Below, piece by piece: positions 20,301-28,716 of a stretch of DNA of 64,000 bases; the stretch's first letter is position 1, and each line of letters opens with the position of its first letter. The notes below the pieces were generated by a model. The model was not told the origin of the DNA, searched no databases, and worked only from the letters and a program-made list of their open reading frames with translations. Made by a program: the position numbers and the translations under genes. This DNA comes from an uncultured Planctomycetota bacterium. GTDB taxonomy: Bacteria > Planctomycetota > Phycisphaerae > Tepidisphaerales > Tepidisphaeraceae. The stretch is from the NCBI GenBank assembly GCA_963841915.1, contig CAWJEN010000005.1:608001-672000 (forward strand), written 5' to 3'.

Positions 20301-21873
20301 ACAGGCGTGGGTCGCTCGGCTCGCCGACACGCTCGACGGCGGCAGGGCGGCTGACGAGGCGGATCTCGTCGTTCCGAGTCAGGTGTTGTGCCTCGACCCA
20401 GCCGCGGGCGCGGGTCCAGACCTTGTGATCGCGGGTGAGTTTGATCTTGTAGCCGCTCTCGGTGCGGAGCTCGAAGACCTCTTTGGTGCCGGTCGGGAAC
20501 GCGCCTTCGACGACGTGAACTTCCTGCTCGTCGACGTTGGTGACGACGCGGGCCGGCAGGTGGATCATCTCGTCGATCCGCCGCCAGATACCGCCGGGCG
20601 TGAGGACGCGGGTGTCACCGGTGACACACGGGTTGCTGGCGTTGATGCGACCGCCGGTGGGGCACGTGTGCCAGGCATTGATGGTGCTGTCGTACTGCAC
20701 GCCCGGGTCGGCACAACGCCACGCGGCGCGGCTGATCTGGTCCCACAGGTCGCGAGCTTTGAGCGTCTTGTTCTCGCTGCCGTCGGTTCTGTTGTAAAGC
20801 GTCCAATCGCCGTCATTTTCCAAAGCCTTGAAGAAGGCATCGGGGATGCGGACTGAGTTGTTGGAGTTCTGGCCCGAAACGGTGAAGTAGGCCTCGCCGT
20901 TGAAGTCATAATCGAGCTTCAGGCCCAGCTCCTTGGCGAGCGCCTTCTGGTCGTCGGGCAGGTGCTTGATGCCTTCGGCGAGCGCAGCGACCTTGAGTTC
21001 TTCGCGGACCTTCCAGTTGACGAAGTCTTCGATGTCGGGGTGGTCGAGATCGAGGCAGACCATCTTGGCGGCGCGACGCGTGGTGCCACCGGACTTGATG
21101 GCTCCGGCGGCGCGGTCGCCGATCTTGAGGAACGACATCAGACCCGAGCTCTTACCGCCACCCGATAGCGGCTCGTTCTCGCCACGGACGTGAGAGAAGT
21201 TGCTGCCCGTTCCGCTGCCGTACTTGAAGAGACGAGCTTCGCGGGTCCACAGGTCCATGATCCCGCCCTCGTTGACGAGGTCGTCGCTGACGGACTGGAT
21301 GAAGCACGCGTGTGGCTGCGGCCGCTCGTACGCGCTGGTGGCCTTCTTGACCTGCTCGTCGGACGGGTCGACGAAGTAGTGCCCCTGTGCCGGACCGGTG
21401 ATGCCGTAGGCGTGGTGCAGGCCGGTGTTGAACCATTGCGGCGAGTTGGGCGCCGACATTTGGTGCAGCAACATGTACTTCAGCTCGTCGCCGAACGCGT
21501 CAGCATCGGCTTCGCTGTCGAAGTAGCCACGCGTCTTGCCCCAATGTGTCCAGCAGTCGGCGAGCCTGCCGATGACCTGTTTGGCCGACTTTTCGGGGCC
21601 GGTGACGACGGTGCCGTCTTCGTGGCGCAGGACGTTGCCATCCTCGCCGATCTGCGGGACGCCGGCCTTACGGAAGTACTTGCTGACCATGATGTCGGTC
21701 GCAAGCTGGCTCCAGAACTCGGGCACCTCGGCGTCGTTCATTTCGAAGACGACGCTGCCGTCGGGGTTGCCGATGCGGCTGGTCCGCTTGGCGTAGGTGA
21801 CACCCGCAAAGACGTCGCACTTTCCGTCGGCGTCTTGGGGAAGGTCAGCGGTGAAACGGCGTTCGATCTTCAT
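17320..21873 (-). CDS. nrdJ: Vitamin B12-dependent (class II) ribonucleotide reductase with intein, C-terminal TSCPD-like domain and zinc ribbon
   Basis: PNSPQWFN, QPHACFI, GGTTRRAAKM, NP[intein]CSEY, ACNLASLN, IAPTGTI, SKTIN, YRDGSK, CxxC...CxxC. Confidence 0.95.
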   Translation of the reverse strand: MKIERRFTADLPQDADGKCDVFAGVTYAKRTSRIGNPDGSVVFEMNDAEVPEFWSQLATDIMVSKYFRKAGVPQIGEDGNVLRHEDGTVVTGPEKSAKQVIGRLADCWTHWGKTRGYFDSEADADAFGDELKYMLLHQMSAPNSPQWFNTGLHHAYGITGPAQGHYFVDPSDEQVKKATSAYERPQPHACFIQSVSDDLVNEGGIMDLWTREARLFKYGSGTGSNFSHVRGENEPLSGGGKSSGLMSFLKIGDRAAGAIKSGGTTRRAAKMVCLDLDHPDIEDFVNWKVREELKVAALAEGIKHLPDDQKALAKELGLKLDYDFNGEAYFTVSGQNSNNSVRIPDAFFKALENDGDWTLYNRTDGSENKTLKARDLWDQISRAAWRCADPGVQYDSTINAWHTCPTGGRINASNPCVTGDTRVLTPGGIWRRIDEMIHLPARVVTNVDEQEVHVVEGAFPTGTKEVFELRTESGYKIKLTRDHKVWTRARGWVEAQHLTRNDEIRLVSRPAAVERVGEPSDPRLFHLAGFLLSDANGTGGELDLARVGLDTDDLGSYAGYVADHWGEAARVRREPVLGDDRGIFAEQETTTLVAEPATKSDDRRMIGRLGAFIRTPFTGGRRLSGDAFTAGLAAQKHLLRGLFTADGIVTSETVGLRTSRLGLLEDVQLLLIGFGIRCTVTGDEGDAVLRVDPACLSLFAEHVGFLDETKSAALSLAVDNDPTSGALCDNWDRIGGLEPLGVEQVFDLTEPVTSSFVANGVTVHNCSEYMFLDDTACNLASLNLIQFFDTKTKQFDLDAYKHAVRLWTVVLEISVVMASFPSEEIAELSYKYRTLGLGYANLGAMLMQSGIAYDSDEGRAICGALTAVMTGESYATSAEMAREHGPFPGFGPDKENMLRVIRNHRRAAYAAPHSDYEGLDVLPVAINADAFDGSTPLLESSVLDAARKAWDRALDLGTRHGYRNAQTTVIAPTGTIGLLMDCDTTGVEPDFALVKFKKLAGGGYFKIANAGLLPAMTSLGYDAKQADDIMKFVLGTLTLNGDTPVNRATLAERGLTNEELDKIEKGLPAAFELPFAFSPWSLSAETLARLNVTDEQKNDPSFSLLRHLGFSKHDIEQSGIVICGRGTVEGAPHLKAEYYDVFDCANKCGKTGTRYIAAEGHIKMMAAAQPFISGAISKTINLPNEATVDEVQAAYEQSWKLGLKANALYRDGSKLSQPLNVKSDADEEADDEANVEAGQAEVATDVVRAAEQLSNLEHAEPRVIEKIIERVVHRPLRRKLSDTRDAKTHKFDIAGHEGYITVGLYDDNTPGEIFITMNKEGSTVGGLMDTIATLASLALQYGVKVEDLVRKFEHVRFEPSGMSRNRDIPMAKSLVDYIFRWLGMEFIPGYRAANAPNRGPVTPAKAPAAPATPATNGNGNGHATVKPDTKPVAPLTPTESAGGTAVLIRPSPATSAVNAPVAGRLATTVRAPAQDPLSLAGTAAQSDAPACDVCGSITVRSGTCYKCLNCGNSMGCS
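19579..20628 (-). mobile_element. Intein with LAGLIDADG homing endonuclease domain (350 aa)
   Basis: Begins CVTGDTRV, block B TRDHKV, LRGLFTADG, block F VFDLT, ends VHN|C; splits the NP-CSE motif. Confidence 0.93.
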
Positions 21874-21974
21874 GGCAGAGGGGCAGCGAAAACAGAGGTA
21901 CAGCAGGCAGAAAACAGGCAGCGGACAGTGAGCAGCAGGCAGCAGAGTGGCGGGCGTGGGCGTGGGCGTGGGCG
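21874..21974. repeat. Degenerate heptamer (..CAG) tract followed by (GGGCGT)3GGG
   Basis: ggcagag gggcagc..aaaacag..caggcag aaaacag gcagcgg acagtga gcagcag gcagcag; G3 tracts at 21952-21972. Confidence 0.6.
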
Positions 21975-22043
21975 CACCCACCAACCAGCCCGCGTCGTCG
22001 CGGGCTTCAAAAGGTCGGACCAGCTGCAACAGCATTGAGGCGA

Positions 22044-22448
22044 CTATGGCGTTTCGAGCGTGCGGCTGACGTAGAGCCCGATCTGATCGTTCGGGTCGAT
22101 CGTCCCTTCCCAGATGGAATCGTTATCGAACGTGGCGCCGTCTTCGCCAATGCTCACTTCACCGTCTTCGTCGGCAACATCGCTGCTGAGCAGCTTGTCG
22201 CTGCTTTCGCTAACGAGGAAGTAACGTTGGCCCTCGACAAGGTCGTAGCTGATGTCGCCACCGCCTTGGAAGACGGCGACGCGGACGGCATCGGCCGGCA
22301 CGCTGTTAAGAACGGGCCGGGGCTCAAGGCCACTGGGGACGGGGGCCAGGCCAGGCTTCTTGTCGCCTTCGGCAGCGCAGCCGGCAACGGCGAGCGAGAG
22401 GGCAAAGGCGCCGGCGACGGCGAAGGGTGTGATGCGTGCGTATTTCAT
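22044..22448 (-). CDS. Putative lipoprotein
   Basis: MKYARITPFAVAGAFALSLAVAG-C lipobox. Confidence 0.7.
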   Translation of the reverse strand: MKYARITPFAVAGAFALSLAVAGCAAEGDKKPGLAPVPSGLEPRPVLNSVPADAVRVAVFQGGGDISYDLVEGQRYFLVSESSDKLLSSDVADEDGEVSIGEDGATFDNDSIWEGTIDPNDQIGLYVSRTLETP

Positions 22449-22551
22449 ATGTGATTCCTTCCGAGATGCGGGCAACAACACGTCGCTCGCCGATCCAAAC
22501 ATAACCCGTCCAACAGATTCGCGAAAGCTCCATCCGCGATCTGGAAAAAGT

Positions 22552-23125
22552 TCAGTCGACCATCGGCAGGGTCAGGCCGTTCTGGTCCTGGTATTTGCCA
22601 CCCTTGTCGGCGTAGCTGACGCCGCAGACGCGGCTGGCCTGCAGGAAGAGCATCTGGGCGATGCCTTCATTGGCGTAGACCTTGGCCGGTAGCGGCGTGG
22701 TGTTGCTGATTTCGAGCGTGACCTTGCCACGCCATTCGGGTTCGAGGGGCGTGACGTTCACGATCAGGCCGCATCGTGCGTAGGTACTTTTGCCGACGCA
22801 GATCGCCAGCACATCGCGAGGGATCTTCATCTCTTCGACCGTCTCGGCCAAGGCGAACGAGTTGGGCGGAATGATGACGTGATCACGGCCGGTGTTCTTG
22901 GTGTCGATGGTGACGAACATGTCGTCGCCAAAGGCCTTTGGGATCGACAATTGCCTGACCGCCGTGCGGACTGGTGGGCGTGAAGATTTTGAAGAGGCTG
23001 CCGACGCGAACGTCGTAGCCGTAGGAGGAGACGCCGTAGCTGACGCGGCCGCCACGGCGGACGTTTTCCTCGAACGGTTCGATGCCGACGAGTTCGCGAA
23101 TCTGGCTGTCACAGAGAATGCTCAT
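22552..23125 (-). CDS. dcd: dCTP deaminase, frameshifted at ~22938
   Basis: [11 protein letters not shown] in one frame; [41 protein letters not shown] in the next. Confidence 0.92.
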
Positions 23126-23155
23126 GGGCGTGGAATCGGGGTGGCAAGGGTCGTG

Positions 23156-23200
23156 CCAGATGTGTCTGACCGCGGCGGGCACGATACACAACATGTGGTG
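23156..23200. promoter_or_regulatory. Candidate tandem NrdR boxes in the dcd promoter
   Basis: ACACAACATGTGGTG (23186-23200) matches acaCwAtATaTwGtg; a weaker box CCAGATGTGT lies 33 bp away; the strong box fills the spacer of TTGTCT-N16-TATCGT on the minus strand. Confidence 0.6.
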
Positions 23201-23521
23201 CTAGACAAGAGAACTTCTACGGCCACTTGTGTTTTCGGACGTTAACGGCCACCGAACGCTTGGCGCAAGTGGCGTCACGAAACTGGCTTAGCATGTGCTT
23301 TCAAACTAACCACACAGTCGTCGCAACTCTCACCGTCATCGACGGCGCGCCACGTCGTCCACAAGCGGCCGACAATCCGTTTTGGCAGTCGGCAACAACC
23401 CGCCAAGGGCGCGCGACCTTAGCTCCGTCAACCCGTCGTGGTCGGCCGCCCCATCGACCTAGCGCCGGCTGTCGACCAAGTCACTTTTGACGCTCTGGGA
23501 GTGTCGATGCGGCGTTGTTTT

Positions 23522-23547
23522 TGCAACGTTCGACCCGCTCGATCGTC
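23522..23547 (+). promoter_or_regulatory. Candidate ECF-sigma promoter
   Basis: TGCAAC-N16-CGTC upstream of the secreted TPR gene. Confidence 0.45.
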
Positions 23548-23638
23548 TGATAAGCGGTGGATCTACCGGTCAACCCGCACGGACTCGGGTTGACCGTAAG
23601 ATAAGTGCCCGCCGCACCCGAACGAAACGACTGATCTG

Positions 23639-25508
23639 ATGCCACGCCCCACCTATTCCGCTGCCCGTCTCGCCCTTGCGACCGCTGGCGTCCTCGCCCT
23701 AGCGACAGCCGCTCAAGGTCAGTATCGCGTCGAACAGGACGGCGGCGCTCTCGACGCTAACCCTCGCCTCGGCTCCGGCGGCAGCAACACCGCCGGCAGA
23801 CCCGTCAACAACGGCTACGGCGCGTACGACAACCCCTATGTCTCGGGCACCTACGGCGCGTACGGCAACAACGTCGTTACGGGCAACGTCACCGGCGGAC
23901 GCCAGTTCCGCGGCAGCGTCGGGTACGGTGACCCGCGTGCCTTCCGCGACGGTACTGCCGGGGCCGAGTTCGACGCCTTCAACCGCAGCGCATCGGGTGT
24001 CACGACCGGTGGGCAGCTCATCAATTACGCCGACGCAGGCAGCTCCAGGCCCTTCTTCGGCGACAACACCGTCGCCAACCCGCCGGCCGACTTCGTCCGC
24101 ACGCCCGGCTCCGGCGGGTTCGTTCCCAGCGTCAGCGCCGGCGCGTCGGCCGAAATCAACCGCCCCAGCGACTACGCCCTCGGCAGCGACCCGACCGTCC
24201 GCAACCTCACCGGGAATGCCGACCAGTCTCCTCTGACCCGTCTGTTCAGCGGCGGAGCGCTCGATGTCGATTCGGCCACGCCGGCCAACGATGCCGAGCA
24301 ACCGCAGGATCGGGCGACCGCTCCTGAAGCCCTGCTGCTCGGCGGCAGGCTCACGGGCAGCTCCACCGACCGCAGTCTGGCCGACGTCGGGGGTCGCACG
24401 CTTTCGCCTTATACCCGGCTCGGCCGCGACAACCGTCTCAGCGGCCTGACCGGTGACCGCATCCGCGCACTTGGTGGTGAACTCCTCCGCGACGAGCAGG
24501 GCAACGCCGTCGGTGACGACGAGGTCGACGCCCTGCTCCAGGCACCGGGCGGCAAGGCAGTCGATGCGACGGCCAATCCTGCCGACGGCGCTACCGGCCT
24601 CGACCGCATCGAGCAGGCCGTCAACGTAAACGACCGCATGCTCCGCCTGGCCGACCCGGCCGAGCAGAGCGCTCGAGTACGCCCAACTGCAGCGTCGGCT
24701 CGACCGCTTCAAGGCCGACCCGTTCAGCGAACAGTTACGGCTTCGCGGTGGCAGGGCACAGCCGAACGAAGGCGACGCACCCGACGGTGGGCTCAACAAC
24801 CTGCCGGGTCTCGACCTGGGCGGGCTCGTGCCTGATCTGGGACCGATGCCGCAAGACGAGGGCGTCGAAGGCGAGGGTGAGTTTGCACCAGTCGGCCCGG
24901 CATCGCGTCCGGTCGATGACGACGCGCCACAATTCGTTCCTGAAGACGAGCGTCGTTTGGCGGCAGACCCGCCGGTGAATGTTGACAGCTTTGCGGCGGG
25001 CGTGTCGAGTCCGGCGTTGAAGGCGATGCTCGCCGACGCCGAGGAGCTTTTGGCCACCGGCCGGTACGCCGACGCCGTTGCCCGTTATGAGGCGGCCGGT
25101 CAGCTTGTGCCGAATCAGCCGCTGGTGCTGTTGGGCCGCGGCACGAGCGAGCTCGCCGCCGGCTTTTATCGCCGAAGTGCCGGCACGTTGCGTGGCGCGA
25201 TCACGAACTACCCTGAGCTTGCGATGGCCCGCGTCAACGTCGTCGACATGATCGGCGGCGAGCGGACCGACACGCTCGCAGAAGATCTTCGCCAGCTGGC
25301 AGAAGAGCAACCGCAAAGCGATGTGCCCGTCTTCTTGCTCGCTTACCTCAGCTACGCGGGCGGCGACTTCGACAGAGCCGACGGGCTTCTCGTCGTGGCA
25401 GAGGAACGCAGCGGCGATCCGTTCTACGCAGCGGTTCGGCGTCTATGGCTCCCCGGCACCGCGGGCGACGCCCCGGCGACAAGGCCTGCGACGGATTTGC
25501 AGAAGTAG
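23639..25508 (+). CDS. Secreted protein with C-terminal TPR-like region, frameshifted at ~24673
   Basis: Signal peptide, N/G/Y-rich N-terminus; a second frame EYAQLQRRLDRF runs open into ORF 24828-25508 (GRYADAVARYEAA...PNQP). Confidence 0.75.
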
Positions 25509-25520
25509 CGGGATGTCGAG

Positions 25521-25988
25521 TCACCGGACCTGACCTGCAGGGCCCGACGACTCGTTGATGAACCTCGCCAGCAGCTCGCCACGGCTGACGACGCCGAAGG
25601 TCTTGTGAATCGTCTTGACGTGGTCGTGCACCGTGTGCCGACTGATGCCAAGCAACAGGGCGACCTGTTTTTCCGAATCGCCCTCGAGCAGGCGTTCGAG
25701 GACCTGAGCCGTTCGCGGCGTCAGCGTGTCGCGTTGTGCTGCCAGTTGCGGATCGGCCGCGGGCGGCGGTGGCACCTCGCCAGCGACCGGGCGACTGGCC
25801 AGCGTGTCGAGGTAGTGACCGACCCGCCTGTAGTAGTCGGCCAGCAGCTGCCGACGCGTGTCGCGTGGGCCTTGCTCGCCGGCCAGTCGATCCCCCAACT
25901 CCGCCTCGGCAGCGGCGACGGCGGCGGGCACGAAGCGATCTCGTCGTGGCCCCGGAGGATGTGACGGAGCCACGCTCACGCCCGACAT
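25521..25988 (-). CDS. LuxR-type HTH transcriptional regulator
   Basis: LTPR..QVL..LLEGDSEKQVA..LGIS.HTV.DHVK.IH..FGV.SRGELL. Confidence 0.88.
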   Translation of the reverse strand: MSGVSVAPSHPPGPRRDRFVPAAVAAAEAELGDRLAGEQGPRDTRRQLLADYYRRVGHYLDTLASRPVAGEVPPPPAADPQLAAQRDTLTPRTAQVLERLLEGDSEKQVALLLGISRHTVHDHVKTIHKTFGVVSRGELLARFINESSGPAGQVR

Positions 25989-26043
25989 TATGCGTCATCG
26001 CCCACGCTGTCGGATGTCTCGGTGACGCGACGATGTCAAAGCC

Positions 26044-27093
26044 ATGCCGACCGCTCCACGGAAAAGGATGCCGTGCCAACCGCCCTTTGGGCTCACGTTC
26101 TTTGCCATGATGCTCTTTGGCGGCCCGACCGCTCACGGGCAGCTCCAGCCCGTCCCGCCAGAACCCGCAGGTCCCGCCGAGGCCAAGGAAACCATCGTCG
26201 TCCAGCTCAACAGCGGCACGCGGCTGCGCGGCACGCTCCAAGAAGAGACCGACGAGTTCCTTGTCCTCGATGCCGACGGGCTGGGAGAAACCACCGTCGC
26301 CAAGTCGTCGATCGCGACGCGGCTCAAGTCTGATGTGAAGCTCGGGCCCAATCCAACCAAGGCAGAGCTGCCGGCACCGGGCCTCTTTGGCACGACCATC
26401 CTCGACGGCTTCGACAAGAGCATTTCGCTCGGCATCAGCGGTCGCGAGGCCGAGTCGAGCGACCTGACGCTCAACGTCGCCGCCGATGCCAACTTCAACG
26501 GGGACGACCGTCGCTGGCGGTTCAGCAGCGCGTACTTCTACTCGACGAGCGACGGTAACCGGACGCAGGACGAAGGCTTTGCCAACCTGCGTCGCGACTG
26601 GAAGCTGCCCGCCCGGCCGCCCTTCATCTTTGCCGAAGGTCGCCTGCAGTACGACGACTTCCAGGCGTGGCAGTTCCGTGCAGGCGGATTCGCAGGTGTC
26701 GGCTACTCCGTCTCCGGCAAGGAGAACGTCAAGAAGGGTCAATGGCCTCGCATTCGCAACGAAGACCTGACCCTGCTGGGCCGCGTCGGTGTCGGTGGCA
26801 GCTACGAGTGGGGCACGATCAACGCGTTCATGCCCGAAGCCCTCGTCGCCGTCGAAGCCGGTTACGCGTTCGACGGCAACAAGACGATCTCGTTCATCAA
26901 CACCCTCTTCCCCGACCTCGAAGACACCGGCGAATACCGCAATACCACCGAACTGACGGCCGGCATGACGCTCGACCAGGCCCGCGGGCTCAGTTTGAAA
27001 GTCGGCGCGTTCAACGAGTATCTCAGCATGACCGAAGGCGACACGCCGCACAATTCGCTGACGTACTTCGTTCGACTCGTGCTCGATTTTTGA
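26044..27093 (+). CDS. DUF481/YdiY-like outer-membrane beta-barrel
   Basis: Signal peptide, alternating beta strands, YDDFQAW, G.G.GY, terminal F. Confidence 0.75.
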   Translation: MPTAPRKRMPCQPPFGLTFFAMMLFGGPTAHGQLQPVPPEPAGPAEAKETIVVQLNSGTRLRGTLQEETDEFLVLDADGLGETTVAKSSIATRLKSDVKLGPNPTKAELPAPGLFGTTILDGFDKSISLGISGREAESSDLTLNVAADANFNGDDRRWRFSSAYFYSTSDGNRTQDEGFANLRRDWKLPARPPFIFAEGRLQYDDFQAWQFRAGGFAGVGYSVSGKENVKKGQWPRIRNEDLTLLGRVGVGGSYEWGTINAFMPEALVAVEAGYAFDGNKTISFINTLFPDLEDTGEYRNTTELTAGMTLDQARGLSLKVGAFNEYLSMTEGDTPHNSLTYFVRLVLDF

Positions 27094-27152
27094 GGCAAAA
27101 GCGTTGCGCCGCGGCGGCCAAATGGGGGGCCGAGAGGGTCGGTGGGGTCAAA

Positions 27153-27168
27153 TGTTCCACGTGGAACA
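27153..27168. promoter_or_regulatory. parS site
   Basis: Perfect palindrome TGTTCCACGTGGAACA. Confidence 0.9.
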
Positions 27169-27226
27169 TCGTCGACCCTCGCCACGACGCCTGACCGGGG
27201 TTGGTGCCCACCGCCGAGGGGCAAAA

Positions 27227-27242
27227 TGTTCCACGTGGAACA
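27227..27242. promoter_or_regulatory. parS site
   Basis: Second identical TGTTCCACGTGGAACA, 74 bp from the first. Confidence 0.9.
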
Positions 27243-27412
27243 ATGTCAGCGTCGCCGCTACGTCGGCGGGTCGTCGGCCTTGCGGTGGCGGAGCGACGCC
27301 GATTACGGACATGTGACGTCACATCGCGCGTCTGGCGCGTGCGTGTGCTACGCCGTGCGACGTGCGCCGCCGCGGCCGCCTTGGCGGCCGGCATCGCGGT
27401 CTACCGTCCGAC

Positions 27413-28249
27413 GTGAGCAACGTCCTGAACTTCGTCAAGATGCACGGCGCGGGCAACGACTACGTTTACGTCGACGCCGCCGCCGAAGGACTCGTTGACG
27501 CCGACGACCCGACGCTGGTCGACCTTGCCACACGCATCAGCAACAGGCAGTTCGGCGTCGGGGGCGACGGCCTCATCCTCGTCCTGCCCGACGACGACGC
27601 AGACGTCCGCATGCGCATGTTCAACATCGACGGTAGCGAAGGAACCATGTGCGGTAACGGCGTCCGCTGCGTCGCCAAGTTCGCCGTCGACCGCAGACTC
27701 GTCAGCCCCGATGCCGAGACGATCCGCGTCGCCACGCTCGGCGGCACACGCCACATCGGCATCGTCCGCCAAGCAGGTCACGTCGTCGGAGCATCGGTCG
27801 ATATGGGTCAGCCGACCATCGGCAACACAGACCAGCACCTGGCCGACCTCGACCTGACAGCCGTGCTCGTGGCGACGGGAAATCCGCACGCGGTGGTGTT
27901 TGTCGACGACCTGTCAGCTGTCGACCTGCCACGCGTCGGGCCACGCGTCTCATCACACAGCGACTTTCCCGGCGAGCTCAATGCCCACTTCGCCCAGGTC
28001 GTTGATCGCGGTCACGTCAAGGTCGCCCACTGGGAACGCGGCAGCGGCCCGACGCTCGCCTGCGGCACCGGTGCGTGTGCCACCTGCGTCGCCGGCGTGG
28101 TCACCGGCCGCCTCGACCGCGACGTCCTCGTCGATGTCCCGGGCGGTCAACTAAGGATCCAGTGGGACGAAGCGACCAACCACATGCACATGACCGGACC
28201 GGCTGTCACGGTCTTCGAAGGTAGCTGGCATCATCGCGAGTCAATCTAA
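27413..28249 (+). CDS. dapF: Diaminopimelate epimerase
   Basis: FVKMHGAGNDY, GVGGDG, MCGNGVRC, GNPH, WERGSGPTLACGTG. Confidence 0.95.
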   Translation: MSNVLNFVKMHGAGNDYVYVDAAAEGLVDADDPTLVDLATRISNRQFGVGGDGLILVLPDDDADVRMRMFNIDGSEGTMCGNGVRCVAKFAVDRRLVSPDAETIRVATLGGTRHIGIVRQAGHVVGASVDMGQPTIGNTDQHLADLDLTAVLVATGNPHAVVFVDDLSAVDLPRVGPRVSSHSDFPGELNAHFAQVVDRGHVKVAHWERGSGPTLACGTGACATCVAGVVTGRLDRDVLVDVPGGQLRIQWDEATNHMHMTGPAVTVFEGSWHHRESI

Positions 28250-28299
28250 AACGAGCAGCCGACGCAACACGTCGCGTGCAACGCCCCCGAGCCTGACGC

Positions 28300-28716
28300 T
28301 TAGTTTGCGGCAGGACCCGCGGCGGCCGGAAACAGCAGGTAGGGCCGCAGCTTCGTGGCGGTCGACGGGCCGATGCCGCTGACGTTCTGCAGGTCGTCGA
28401 GTGAGCCGAACGCGACACCGTCGGTGGCGTTGCGGTGGTCGAGGATGGCCTCTGCCTTGCCCGGGCCGATACCGGGCAGGACGGCCAGCTCTGCCGCGGT
28501 CGCGACGTTGGGATCAAGCACATCAAGCAGCTCGTTCGCCCGCGAACCGATCGGCGGCGGCGGGTCGAGCAGCGTCGAACCGCGGCCCGGCAGGACACAC
28601 GCGGTGCCAGCCGTCGCGAGCAGCATGACGAACGTCAGCCCACGTTGCTGGCGCTTCGTCCACGACCAGCGGTGTCCCGCCGGCCACGACCACGGGTTGC
28701 CGCCTACGTCGTTCAC
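28300..28716 (-). CDS. comEA: ComEA-like helix-hairpin-helix DNA-binding membrane protein
   Basis: One TM; DPNVATAAELAVLPGIGP..A..I, F.SLDDLQNVSGIGP. Confidence 0.82.
   Translation of the reverse strand: MNDVGGNPWSWPAGHRWSWTKRQQRGLTFVMLLATAGTACVLPGRGSTLLDPPPPIGSRANELLDVLDPNVATAAELAVLPGIGPGKAEAILDHRNATDGVAFGSLDDLQNVSGIGPSTATKLRPYLLFPAAAGPAAN

Noticed and set aside
21874..22043. Cobalamin riboswitch upstream of nrdJ
   Set aside because: No recognisable B12-box or GGGAA...GCCCCCGC core; the region consists of short repeats.
22930..22945. Programmed ribosomal frameshift in dcd
   Set aside because: No canonical slippery heptamer or stimulatory structure; it is one of many similar indels.
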